A stretch of 64,000 nt of DNA from the human T2T-CHM13v2.0 reference genome, Homo sapiens. The stretch is taken from the NCBI RefSeq assembly GCF_009914755.1, contig NC_060932.1; one strand, 5' to 3'. Position numbers and translations under genes: made by a program. Positions 25,877 to 38,169 of the stretch are shown in pieces; position 1 is the stretch's first letter, and each line of letters begins with the position of its first letter. Below the pieces are notes generated by a model. The model ran no database searches, was not told where the DNA came from, and saw only the letters and a program-made list of their open reading frames with translations.

Positions 25877-27840
25877 ATGAGAAAACTCATCATGGGACTC
25901 ATTTGCCTTAAAATTTGGACTTGTACAGTAAGGACTTCAGCTGACCTTCCCCAGACTGAGGACTGTTCGCAGTGTATACATCAAGTCACTGAGGTAGGAC
26001 AAAAGGTTGCTACGGTCCTATTATCTTATGGTTATTATAAGTGTACTGGAACTCTAAAAAGAAATTGTTTGTATAATGTTATTCTATACAAGGTATGTAG
26101 CCCAGGAAATGACCAACCTGATGTGTGTTATGACCCATCTGAGCCTCCCATGACCATAGTTTTTGAAATAAGGTTAAGAACTGAGGACTTGTGGGGGCTC
26201 ATACATGATATGAGTAAAATGTTAGCCAAAACAGAAGAAAAAGGGGTGCCCAAACAAGTCACCTTGAAATTTGATGCCTGTGCTGTCATTAATAGTAATA
26301 AGTTAGGAATAGGATGTGGTTGTCTTAATTAGGAAAGAGGCTATATGGCAGAAAATAAGTACATTTGTGATGAATTAGGGCTGTATGGAAATGAACGTGG
26401 ATACTGGTCTTGTGTCACTTAGGCTACTTGGACAAAAAATGAAAAGGATCCTGTCCACCTTCAGAAAAGGAAAAGTGGCCCTTCCTGTACCAGTGGTCAG
26501 TGTAACCCCTTAGAACTAGTAATAACCAACCCCCTTCATCCTCGCTGGAAAAAAAGGGAGCATGTAACCCTAGGAATTGATGGGACTGGACTGGATCCTC
26601 AAGTAAATATTGTGGTTGGAGGAGAAGTTTATAAATGCTCTCCTGAGCCAGTATTTCAAACCTTCTATGATGAACTGAATGTGCCAGTACCAGAAATTCC
26701 ACGAAAAACAAGAAATTAGTTTTTGCAATTAGCCAAGCATGTAGCCCAGTCTCTCAACGTCACTTCATGTTATGTATGTGGAGGAACTGTGATAGAAGAT
26801 CAATGGCCATGGGAAGCCCGAGAATTAGTACCTACAGACCCAGTTCCTGATGAATTCCTGGCTCAAAAGAATCACCCTGATAACTTCTGGGTCCTAAAAT
26901 CCTCAATCATTAGACAATACTATATAGCAAGAGTGGGGAAGGACTTCACCCTTCCTGTGGGAAGACTCAGCTGCCTTGGGCAAAAACTGTATAATAGTAC
27001 TACAAAAACAGCCACCTAGTGGAGTTCAAACCACACTAAGAAAAATCTATTTAGTAAATTTCCAAAGTTGCAAACCGTTTGGAACCACCCGGAGTCCCAC
27101 CGAGACTGGACAGCCCCCACTGGATTACACTGGATATGTGGGCATAGAGCTTACACCAAATTACCCAACCAGTGGGCAGGTAATTGTGTTATTGGCATTA
27201 TTAAACCATCTTTCTTCCTACTGCCCATAAAGACAGGCGAACTCCTGGGCTTCCCTGTCTATGCTTCCCATGAAAAAAAAAAAAAAAAAAAAAAAAAAGC
27301 ATAGCTATAAGAAATTCGAAAAATAATGAATGGCCCCCCTGAGAGAATCATACAATGTTATGGGCCTGCTACTTGGGCACAAGATGGCTCATGGGGATAC
27401 CGGACCCCCATTTACATGCTCAACCAAATCATACGGTTACAATCTGTCTTGGAAATAATCACTAATAAGACCGGCAGAGCCTTGACTATTCTGGCCTGGC
27501 AAGAAACTCAGATGAAAAATGCTATCTATCAAAATAGATTGGCTCTCGACTACTTGTGAGCAGCTGAAAGAGGGCTCTGTAGGAAATTTAACCTTACTAA
27601 TTGCTGTCTACACATAGATGATCTAGGGCAAGTAGTTGAAGACATAGTTAGAAATATGACAAAACTGGCACACGTGCCCATGCAAGTGTGGCATGGATTT
27701 AATCCTGGGGCCTTGTTTGGAAAATGGTTCCCAGCGCTAAGAAGATGTAAAACTCTTACAATAGGAGTTATAATAGTAATAAAACCCTGCTTACTGCTCC
27801 CTTGTTTGCTACGTGTATTTCTTCAAATGATAAAAAGCTT
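25877..27840 (+). pseudogene. env: Second env remnant (HERV-E-like), multiple stops and frameshifts, C-terminus deleted
   Basis: MRKLIMGLICL signal, CSQC motif, [28 protein letters not shown]6CC, TM anchor. Confidence 0.9.
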
Positions 27841-27985
27841 GTAAGCCCTTAAAAGGGACAGGAATTGCTCACTCAGGGAGCTCGGTTTTTGGAGACGTCA
27901 GTCTGCCGATGCTCCCAGCTGAATAAAGCCCTTCCTTCTACAACTCGGTGTCTGAGGGGTTTTGTCTGCGGCTTGTCCTGCTACA
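27839..27985 (+). promoter_or_regulatory. 3' LTR remnant (last 147 bp only)
   Basis: Ungapped match to 20899-21045 with 9 mismatches; AATAAA at 27922-27927. Confidence 0.93.
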
Positions 27986-28079
27986 CTAGTATAATATACC
28001 ATGTTAGTCAGATTGCTAATATTATTGTGTTTGCCTGGAAAAAGTAAAATATCTTGCTTTACCCTGTGAGTTGCTATGT

Positions 28080-28370
28080 TAATGGGTACACAATATAAAA
28101 TAATGTAAAGCAAGACACCAATAGCATAAAATGTGTATGCAAGAGGAGAGGGGAGTAAAACTGTAGAATTTTTTATGTTATTAAAATTAAGTTGTTATTA
28201 GCTCAAAATAGACCTTTGTAACTATAGAATGTTTTATATAAGCCTCACGGTAACTGCAAAGAAAATAACTCTAGTAGATACACAGAAAATAAAGAATAAA
28301 GGATCAAAGCTTACCGTCACAAAAAATTAACAAATCACAAAGACAGCAAGGTTGGAAGAAAGAAAAAATG
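28080..28370 (+). mobile_element. Old L1M fragment (inter-ORF region)
   Basis: TAAGTTGTTATTAGCTCAAAATAG..TAAGCCTCACGGTAACTGCAAAG..TAGATACACA. Confidence 0.6.
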
Positions 28371-29576
28371 AAAATTGAGTATAGTATGTATCTTTAAGTA
28401 TTTTCCATTTCATTCATATTTTCCTATTTATGTGCATACAGTGCAAAGTTGTATTCTACATATCTTTTTCTCAATTTTTGTGGTTATTTTCCGTCTTTTC
28501 AACCTTTATTTGTGCAGCTTGCCTTTTTTCTTGATAAGATTTAGATGATTATTTTGTTACAGAATTATTTTTCATTTTTATTAATTTTCTTTTCTCTTTT
28601 CTGGTATATTTCTGCCTTTAACAGTTTCTCCTTTCATTTTCCTTCAGTTGATTTTGTTTTTTCATACTTTTGGATTTGTAAGTTTAATTCATTTATTTAT
28701 TTTTAGTAAGGCTATAAATTTTTCTCTGAGCTGTACTTTAACTGTAGTCCATATACAAGGGTGACTAGATCACTATTTGGGGATACTGTGAAATTTTTGC
28801 TTTATTTCATCACCAACTCACAGACTATTTAAGACAGAGTCATTTTTATTTCCAAAAGATAGGAAGTCTTTGTTTTCTGGTGTTCTTGGTAGTTTCTAGC
28901 TTATTGATAGAATCTTTTTGAAGATGTTTTGCTATACCTGTTAGAAGCAGCTGAAACAGTTTGTGGGAAACTCATTGAGAATATTACTGATTGCCAGTAA
29001 TATTTTGGCATTAATTTCAGGGTCTGACTCATTCTCACTCAGACTTTGTCATAAAAATAAAATGTGTGAAGCTTAGGACTTTTAAAAAAAATGTGAAATC
29101 AAATAGGGATTACTAAATTTAGTAATACAGGTTTTCCTTCTGGAGTGGTTCTAAAATTAATTCCAAAATAATTCCAAGACATGATCTAGGGCAGTGGTGG
29201 AATATCTTTAGAATAATTTAAAAGGGAGATAACCTCCTATGGTGGATACTTCGAAGTAAAAAACATTCACATGGATTTGCAAATGCTGCATTGTTTGAAA
29301 ACATTCTCATTTTGTCAATGCAGTCTTATTCAAAATATACTAAATTTGAAGTCAGCTACTTGAGTTAATATCCTGCCTATATAACTCATCAGTTGTGTTA
29401 CATTGAGCAAGTTCCAGAACTTCAGTGACTCGATATTGTCATAGGTAAACATACAGTAACAAAGACTTTCTTAAATGCATGATTTGAGGATTATAAATAT
29501 TATTTATTTAAAGCACAAAGCTCAGTGCTGGCCATAATGAAGACATCCTGCAAATGGTAGTTATTCCTATACATAC

Positions 29577-29934
29577 TGATATGGTTTGGCTGTATCCCCA
29601 CCAAAATCTCATCTTGAAATCCCATGTGTTGTGGGAGTGACCTGGTGGGAGGTAATTGAATCTTGGGGGGCGGGACTTTCCTGTGCTGTTCTCCTGCTAG
29701 TGAATAAGTCTTATGAGATCTGATGGTTTTAAAAATGAGAGTTTCCCTACAAAAGCTCTCTCTTTGCCTGTCGCCATCCGTGTAAGATGTGACTTGCTCC
29801 TTCTTGCCTTCTGCCATGATTGTGAGGCTTCATCAGCCATGTGGAATTGTGAGTACTCCCTTAAACCACTTTCTTTTGTAAATTGCCAAGTCTCAGTTAT
29901 GTCTTGATCAGCAGCATGAAAATGGACTAATACA
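29577..29934 (+). mobile_element. THE1 (A/B-like) solo LTR
   Basis: TGATATGGTTTGGCTGT..CAGCAGCATGAAAATGGACTAATACA. Confidence 0.93.
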
Positions 29935-30232
29935 TGTATTGATATCAAAACCACCAAAGTAGGAGCAGAAGTATAAGGATCTTGTCCCACTCATACTATA
30001 TTGTACTACTTTCAATTTTGTCAATCAGTAGATTGTAAACTTTTTTAAGGAATAGAGTTTATACATCTTCCAAAGAACCCAGATATATGATGAATATGAA
30101 ATTGTTACTCAACTTTATGAATTTTTGCATTCCTATTGAGCACTTTAGATTGCTCACATAAACATTAAACTAAAAAAGCAATCTGAGAGTGCTTACATTT
30201 CTCTTATTTTGGTGTTTCACAAAAATATTTGA

Positions 30233-30248
30233 TCACTAGGTGGCAGCA
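30233..30248 (+). promoter_or_regulatory. Candidate CTCF site
   Basis: TCACTAGGTGGCAGCA, 1 mismatch from CCACTAGGTGGCAGCA, in non-repeat DNA. Confidence 0.6.
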
Positions 30249-30963
30249 ATACGTAGAGAAGGAGCCTGAAGATCTGACGTTCGCTTGCAAAAAGTTGGCT
30301 CTTCTGCACAATCACAGCCAGCCTGTCAGCCTCCCGGTTGCTGTGATGGACCTGAGTCACTTCCCATCACAAAGAGCATTTCCCAGCTGATGCTAAGGAC
30401 CCAAGGCCATAGCATCTGTCTTTACCTCCTCAACAGAATGGGTAGCTTGTCATTTGGGGATTTCAAATATTTTTAGTAAAAAATGTTACTGAATAAACAG
30501 TGGTACTTTAAAAGTGCTGCCCATTGATCTTAGGAGTGTTTCTATTTCAACTCCAGTAAGCTTGTCCTCTTTCTGTAGCTACATCATAAGCTGTTTCTAT
30601 AGCTGTTTCTGTAGTTACATCATGAGCCCCTGTGAGGATATTTATTTTGACCTTTCAACATTTTTTACTTACACATTCTCATCATTCTCCAAATTGAGTT
30701 ATAATGGTCTATGGAAGATAATTGTTTTAACCAGTCATAACACAGAGTATAGAACTAATGGAGATTTAATTTTTTAAATTTTAGATGAATTCACAGAGTA
30801 GGTGCAAAGACAGCGCAAAGAATTCCCACATACTTTCCTGGTAAGGATATTTTACCTCTCTGTATTCCTGGTGGCTAGCTGTATGCCTCACACTATTGAA
30901 TGAATGATTTAATACCAGTGGCCCTATAAAATATTGTACCTGTTAATGGACGATGAAGAATGA

Positions 30964-31290
30964 TGTTTCAGTCAGGTTGGGCTGCTACAACCAAATATCA
31001 TAAACTAGATGGCTTACCAACAAAAGAAACTTATTTTTCATGGTTCTGGAGGCTGGAAGTCCAAGATTATGGTGCCAGCATGGCTGGGTTTTGGTGACAG
31101 CTCTCTTCCAGGTTGTAAACAGCTGACATCTCTTTGTGTCTGCATATAGCAGAAAAGAAGTGAACTAGCTTTCTGGCCTCTTCTTATAAGGGCACTAATC
31201 CCATTCATGGAAGCTCTACCCTCATGATCTATTACCTCTCAAAAGCCCCACCTCTAAATTCCATCATATTGGGAATTAGATTTCAAGGAA
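30964..31290 (-). mobile_element. MLT1A/MST-type MaLR LTR
   Basis: GGGCTGCTACAACCAAATATCA..TTCTGGAGGCTGGAAGTCCAAGAT..GGGCACTAATCCCATTCATG. Confidence 0.8.
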
Positions 31291-31878
31291 TTAATTGGTT
31301 TTAAGGACATGCCATGGTCCAGATGAAGCTTAGAAACCAGTCACTATCCAAAGAAACATAAATTTGAAAGTCATTTTCATGTGCTTCTCTTATTATCATT
31401 TCAAGACCTCTTTCACATCTGCCTATTTGCATTTTATCCCAGTTTTCAACCATTTTTACACATTTACTATTTACTGCAATCTTTACTGTGATCTTAGGTG
31501 AAACAGACATTATTCTGTTGATTTTACAGACAATTGAGGTGACAGAGAGGTTAAGTAACTACATGAGAATTAAAAAGTGTAGAAATTTAAATAGTTTGAC
31601 TTCAATTTACTGTTATTTCTTCTTTGCCTCATTCTTCTTACCTCAATACAAATGTAATGAGTGCTCTATTGAAAACAAATTTTAATCAGAGGTAAGAATG
31701 AGTTAAGCCCTAAGGCTTTGCACAGCATTTAATCTGAAAGCAAGAACCTTAAATACAATCCTCCTACTTTTTGAGTAGAATGGCTCCAGCTGTCTTGGCA
31801 GGGATAACCCCTTGTCAATAACATTTCAGAGTTTAGAGATTTAAAGAATTTATTTTCACCTGACATGCATGGCATACC

Positions 31879-32606
31879 TGAAACCACCTTTGCAAAAATT
31901 ATAACAGTGAGAAAATTATGGCAGTGAAAGGGATTTGGCCCCCTGACTCCATTTTGCTTCTAACCTCCAAGCTGCACTTGTTCATTCCTAGGCACAGGCT
32001 AAACTAACTTTGGGAGGAACTTAGTTTACAGCTTAACTTTGAAACAAAGATAATAACAGCCCTTTCCGGAAACAAGCCCCCTTCTAGCCTGGGGACCAGA
32101 CTGCCTTGTAAAACTAACATATTAGCCACAAGATTAGAAATTATGATTTAGGAGTTATGAAGCTAGAGGCCACAGGATTCCAAACGTTCCCAGTTGCTCC
32201 TAGGGATAGCATCACAATGGTAAATCCTAAGATTGATGCTTGAGATGTTTTTTAGACCCTTAGTTCTGATGCAACAGCTGGCGCCAACCAGATCAGTAAT
32301 CTGGCTCAACCAGTTGTGCAATCCCACGCAGGAATAGAAGGCAGCAAGAAAAACCCATTTGACCCCGTATGATTTCATCTCTGACCCAACCCATCAGCAC
32401 TCCTCCACTCCCTGGCCCCCCACCAAACTATCCTTAAAAAGCCCCCATCTCCAAATTTTCTGAGAGACTGATTTGAAAAATAAAACTCCAGTCTCCCATT
32501 CAGCTAGCTCTGTGTGAATTAAGCTTTTTCTCTACTGAAATTCCCCTGTCTTGATAAACCAGCTCTATCTGGGCAGCAAGCAAGAAGACCTCATTATGTG
32601 ATTACA
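31879..32606 (+). mobile_element. LTR8-family (ERV1) solo LTR
   Basis: TGAAACCACCTTTGCAAAAATTATAACAGTGAG...GTGATTACA; flanks TACC/TACT. Confidence 0.88.
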
Positions 32607-32611
32607 TACTT

Positions 32612-33215
32612 CTTGTAATAGTTAGGGCTCATTTGGTCTCAAGTATCAGAAATTCCAGACCACTTTGACTTTCACATTAATGAAATCAGTTTCTAACTTA
32701 AAGTCCAAATATGGGACTACCTTCAGGAGAGACTCAACTCAGATCCAGACGATGTTACTCAGGACCTGTCCTCACTCTCTCTTTATCCTGCTTTCTGCAG
32801 CATTGACATCTCTCTCAATGTCCACCCCTCCATTCTGCAGCCCACCCCACTTACCCCAACACAGTGCTAAGCTCTCAATTCATGGTAGCAAAATGGCTGC
32901 AGTGGCTCCAGGTGTTAACTTCAGCCTACATTATTTAAGAGTACAGAGAGGTTCTCTTCTGGTAGATCCCAAGCGAATGCTGAGATGTATCCTTTCTCTG
33001 GCCTGAATTGGATATTACACAAACCTTACAGAACAGAAGGCAGGATCTGCTGGTTGGCTATAAGCCAACCAGGGGCCATTTCTGCAACTGGGAGGGGGTG
33101 GTCCTTCCCAAGCCTCCTGCTGGATAATGATGGCAGGGTGGATTCTCCACAATCTTTTGGCAGAAGAATAGCAAAATGAATTCTGGGGAACAATTGGCAA
33201 ATTATACCTCCTTCT
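32612..33215. mobile_element. Old MLT1 (J/K-like) remnant
   Basis: GTTAGGG..CAAGTATCAGAAA..CATGGTAGCAAAATGGCTGCAG..GGTTGGCTATAAGCCAA; boundaries approximate. Confidence 0.45.
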
Positions 33216-33995
33216 CTGTGCCACTGTGGCTCAACCTAATACTTTGTCAACTATTACTCCTCTCTGAATTAGGAGATTTTGAGTAAGATTTATAAGAATT
33301 GACTTCTGTAGTATCAAGACCTTTTATCAGGAATCACATCGGCTATGGCTCCCAGATGCAACAGTTGTTAACTAGGTGATTTAGTTGCATTAGAAATTCT
33401 CTGAGTCAAAATTTCTTCAACAACAAAAATAATGAGTCCTAAACTACTAAATTCTTGAGAGCCTGAGATAGCAGAGGTAAATTACCTAGCAGAGAAATAA
33501 TTCTCTTTTCTCTCATGAGCTACCTAAATAGGCAGCTCAGGTAGATATGGCCCAACCAGACACTAGTCCCTCCCCTACCTGAATTCTAATAGGATTTGGT
33601 GCTAAAATGCATCTTCCAGAAAACACTCTGTGCAGCTCAGCCAGGTGTGCTCAATAACTTACTCAACCTGATATAGTTATATTAGGGTTATAGCTTTTTC
33701 CACAGGAACATCAGGTAACTGCAGGAATGAAACCACCGCCTACCATCTCTCCCCCAGACAGACCAGGAAGAAGATGGCTTTTTGCTAAGAATTCACTTGG
33801 GTGTTTACAAATGATCATTTCAATAGTTTCAATGTGCCTTTATGTAACTAAGAGAATGTACATTAAGATACTTACTGCCCTATATTGTGTTTATTTCTTG
33901 GTACCTTCAAGTCTGAGGGATTGGTTTTCTGAAAACGAGGAAATAAAACCAAAATAACTAAAACTTCTATTCATAGTAAAGTTTTAACTCTAGAG

Positions 33996-34190
33996 CAGTA
34001 TTTATGAACTGGGGAGAATTCTCCTTAGGTGATATTTGGCAATGTCTGGAGTCATTTTTGGTGGTCACAAAAGCACAGGGGTAGTCATACTGACACCTAG
34101 TGGCTGGAGGCCAGAGGAGCTGCTGAATATTCTACCATGCACAGGGCGTCCCCTGACAACGAAGAATTATCTCTCAGTTCAAGAACGTCA
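33996..34190. mobile_element. MER20 hAT-Charlie MITE
   Basis: ATTTGGCAATGTCTGGAGTCATTTTTGG..GAGGCCAG..TGCACAGG..ACAACGAAGAATTATC. Confidence 0.8.
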
Positions 34191-35601
34191 TGGTAGATTA
34201 TGGGACAGAAAAACATACTTATTTTCATTCTTAGGGCTCTACATTCTATAATATGTGAGATTTGATATTTGTCCTTCTGGAAAGATGTGTGTGTGTGTGT
34301 TGGGGGGTGGGTTACTTGTGATTAGTTACTTGTTGGAGAATAAAGAGTATAAGTCACTGGAAAAGATTTTGATTTAAGTTTGAAATGTCACTGGCTTCCC
34401 TAAGCCCGTTTATAGAAGGAGTTAGAGATCCAGACCAATGTTTTCCTCCTGATTTGCCAAATATATGAAATTTTGTAAATTATACATGTGTATTTCCAAA
34501 TATAATTCAGACTGGGAAAAATCCACTTCATGAGGGAGGAACGTGCATTGTGGGGGTGATGGTGAAGCCCAAAACGCAGAAAGAGAGTCACATGGCAGAA
34601 TTTAGAAGGAAGGGTCAATTTCACAAAGAAGCACAAAGGTAAGGACTCTAGGCAGGGTGACCACACATGCCAAGTGCCCAGGAGAGTTCTAAGTTATACC
34701 CCTTGTCCAGATGGCTAATCATAGTGCCCTCTTTCATCCTAACCATGGAGCAAGCTTAGGCACTGGGGTGAATACGTATGGCGCCTACTTAGGGAAGTAG
34801 TCTATTTCTTGAGTTTCTTGCCATAAGAATAAAACTACAGTTTTAAGTACTTGCTCTCCTAGGTTGTTATTCTTATTTTACTTAAGCCTTCAATAAAATC
34901 TGATATACTTACAAATTTGTAAATGGAGAATAGAAAAACAAGCCTGGCTGTCTCACCTTCATTGATAAGTAGCAGCTGGTTGCAGAGTTTAATGACAAGA
35001 GGCAAAGCTGGGAGAATAGAGCGGTAGGAAGGAGCTTGGTGGGCAAATAGGAAGGATTCTTTTGAATTAAGTTCTTTTGATTGGGGACATAAAAAGATGA
35101 TTTAGTTATAAAAATTTCTTTGTACCTTAAGCTCACTTTCTGTGCACTTCTTGGCTCTGTTTATGTCTTATTTACTTATTTGTAGTCTTCATTCCCTGAA
35201 AAACTCCAATTTATCCCTGCCTGAATTTTTGGATGCTATGCTTCTTCCTTCAGGTGAGATGACTTTTTAGTTCTTGCGTGTCTACTTGGCATTTTATTTG
35301 CTCTTCATATAATTCTTGACTTTAGTTTTGTTTCATGGCCTAATTTTCTAAGTTATGCATCTAGTTACTACTCATGTTCCTCCTTGGATCATAGGAAAAA
35401 ATAAAAGCAGAGTCCTATCTGAGTTTGTGTGGTTGATATAAAAGAGAAAATGATAATTGTATTTCTATATGGGTCCAAGATCTGAGAATGCATCTGCCAG
35501 GAAAATAGATTTTGATGGAGGTGCGCCAGGCATAAGCAGACGGAAAACCAAAAAAATGAATTTATGTCCAAAGAACAAATAGAGGGCGAAGTAGCTTGAA
35601 G

Positions 35602-35778
35602 CAGGATGTTCTCACACCTGGCTTGTCACTGGATTTTCTGTAGAGGTTTATAAAATATGGATGCCATGGCCCCATCATGGACCTTTTCAAATGAAAATCA
35701 TCCAGACTGGAATCTGAAAACCTGTATTTTTGAAGAGTTCTAGATGATGGTGATGACCAATCAGGTTTGAGAAGCTGG
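35602..35778. mobile_element. MER5-type MITE
   Basis: GTTCTCACACCTGG..ACCTGTATTTTT..CAGGTTTGAGAA. Confidence 0.55.
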
Positions 35779-36672
35779 CCTCTGGGGATTTCTGGTGAAT
35801 AGCTGGCTTGCAGGCATGGCTACACTATGGGTCCTACCACCTTTGAGGATAGGCTTATGGACCCTGAGAGATTCAAGATGCATTTTTGACTCATGAGTTT
35901 TGCTTAGGCCCAGCCTAATTTGTATCCATATACCCTCCTGTACTCCAGCCTGTTACTATTGCTTCTGTTCCTGACTTTATTAGAGTACTGACTTAATATA
36001 CAGACCCTATCAATTTGGACTGGATCTTTATTTCCCTTGGCTTATTCTAGTGGTACAAAAAGAGATTAATCATTTACATTTGACACAATTATATACAATA
36101 TGTAAATATATATAGTATGTAAATATATAGTATGTAAATATATATACATATATATTTTTTTTTAAGTAAAATCTGTGCCACAAGGAAGGAGTGGTTTCCA
36201 AGCCTGTGAGCCTTCTAAGTATTGGCATGTCAGTTTTTGTTACTCAGCTGCTTCTCCTGAGTGGTTTGGCTCATCTCATTATTTGTTGTTAAAGATTTTT
36301 GAACTGCATGACATATGTAGAATGATTTTCAAAAAATTGGCCAATTTTACACAATGTGTGGGACCTCAGTTTAAAAAGGATCGTGTCCCCAATCCATACA
36401 TGGTATGTGTCTCAGTCTCCAATTCTTGGCTTTTTATAAAAATTTAAACATTGTTATTTGTTTTCTGTTTATCTCATTTTCCTCATTTTTAAAGAATATT
36501 TTTCTGTTGTTAAAAACACCTTCCTGTTATTAGAAGCATCAATGATTACAGCAATAGTATAGTCTTCCCACAGTTCCTTCTGATTTAGGTAAATGTAGTA
36601 TTCCTTGGGGGCCCTGCTATATACTAAGTGTAAGGTGTACATGTATTTAAATAGATAAACACAAAGTCTCAT

Positions 36673-37129
36673 TGCCAAGTCTATCCTGCAGACTCTGGCT
36701 GAGCGATGGATGAAAGGGGTATGCAGACACAGGTATTTTGTGTGAGCGTGGCTAGGGGACTGCTCGGCTTAGAGACACTGAAGACAGAGTGCAGCTTTGA
36801 TAAGCTGGAGTGGCTTATGTTTATTCAGTGCAGATTTAATGACAAAGGCCTGGAGCCAGCACAACCTGTGGATAATTAATATTGTTATCCCCCCACTTAC
36901 AGTGAGCAGTCAGGCATGTGGATGATCAAAGTTCAGTTTCCAGACAACATAAGTAAATAAACTCCTTTACATTCCCTTGCACCTACTTCTTGCCCTCTGC
37001 CTCAGGGTAGGGGAATTAGTTGCCTTCAGCTTTTATTCTCTCCCCAAGCTTTGCAAAACCTTCCGGCCTTCCAAGAAGGTTTGCATCTTACCGTATAACT
37101 TTTCCCACCACCCTGACCGAGCTCCTACA
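36673..37129 (-). mobile_element. LTR22 (HERV-K HML-5) solo LTR
   Basis: - strand starts TGTAGGAGCTCGGTCAGGGTGGTGGGAAAA; flanks TCTCAT/TCTTAT (5 of 6 identical). Confidence 0.85.
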
Positions 37130-37694
37130 TCTTATAATTTTAAAAGTTAAATATAAAAGCTAATCTCAAACCTGGTGAAAAGTAGGCTTGGAGTGTGTAT
37201 CATTAAGTAGATTCTGAGATGGCACTGATACATTAGTTATATGAATTAATATGTAAAAATATAAGCTTACTCAAAGCATCTCAGGATCATATTCTTGGAA
37301 TTTGGTATACAAATATGTCTATATGAGGTAACAATGAAACTCCAAGGTTTTCAATAGTATTCTATACCTGGTGTAGTATTCAAATATAACTGGTACCTAG
37401 CAAATTTATTATATCATGACCTTGCTCCAGTATCATCCTTACATGCTCATTATCCACGTGACAAGAATTAAAAGTATTTAGCTCAATATTTTCGGCAACT
37501 TTCACAATCTGCTGTACTCACTCTTTCAAGCCTCATTTTTCTCCAGGCTGCTCTATGAACCCTGTGCTTCATCTGAACTGACACAATTTTCTCATTCCCA
37601 AGGAAAATACCTTGCTCACGATTCTCCACTCTTCAGAAACGGGAACCAAATTCTGCTTCATGTTTCTGAGTCCTACTTATAATCGAACACCCAG

Positions 37695-38169
37695 TATCTT
37701 AGTCTGTTTCATGTTGCTGTAACAGAATACCACAAGTTGGGTAATTTATGGAGAGAAATAATTTAGGGAGAACAGAGCTGGGGGGGAGGTGTAATTTATG
37801 GAGAATGGAGGCTGGGAGGTCCAAGGTTGAGGTGCCCACCTCTGGTGAGGGCCTCCCCATGGCAGAAGGTGGAAGGGAAAGAGAATGCACGTGAGAGATA
37901 CCAAGAGAATAGAGAAGGGGGCCAAACTCATCTTGCATCAGGAACCCACTCTCAGGATAAATAACCCACTCCCATGATAACTAACAAACTCCCATGGTGA
38001 CTAAACCTCTCCCATGATGAAGCATTAACCCATTCATGAGGGCTCTGCCCTCATGACCTAATCACTGCTTATAGGTCCCACCTGTCAACATTTGCATTGG
38101 GGATTAAGTTTTTCACACATGAACTTTGGGAGACATTTGGGGAATTTGGGGAACATTCAAATCATAGCA
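37695..38169 (-). mobile_element. MST-type MaLR solo LTR with internal duplications
   Basis: TCTTAGTCTGTTT..GCTGTAACAGAATACCACA..CATTCAAATCATAGCA; TSD CCCAG at 37690-37694 and 38170-38174. Confidence 0.85.

Larger units (their letters stand above)
20599..27985 (+). mobile_element. Harlequin/HERV-E-type recombinant endogenous retrovirus (LTR2-flanked), defective
   Basis: 5' LTR, tRNA-Glu PBS, gag MA, pol fragments, two env remnants, partial 3' LTR; 4-bp TSD CTAG at 20595-20598 and 27986-27989. Confidence 0.93.

Noticed and set aside
25877-27840. Domesticated syncytin-like env
   Set aside because: Multiple in-frame stops (e.g. 26330, ~26716, 27557), furin site replaced by A26, and C-terminus deleted
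20106-29934. Two THE1 LTRs as ends of one element enclosing the provirus
   Set aside because: Opposite orientations, apparently different subfamilies, and separate target sites
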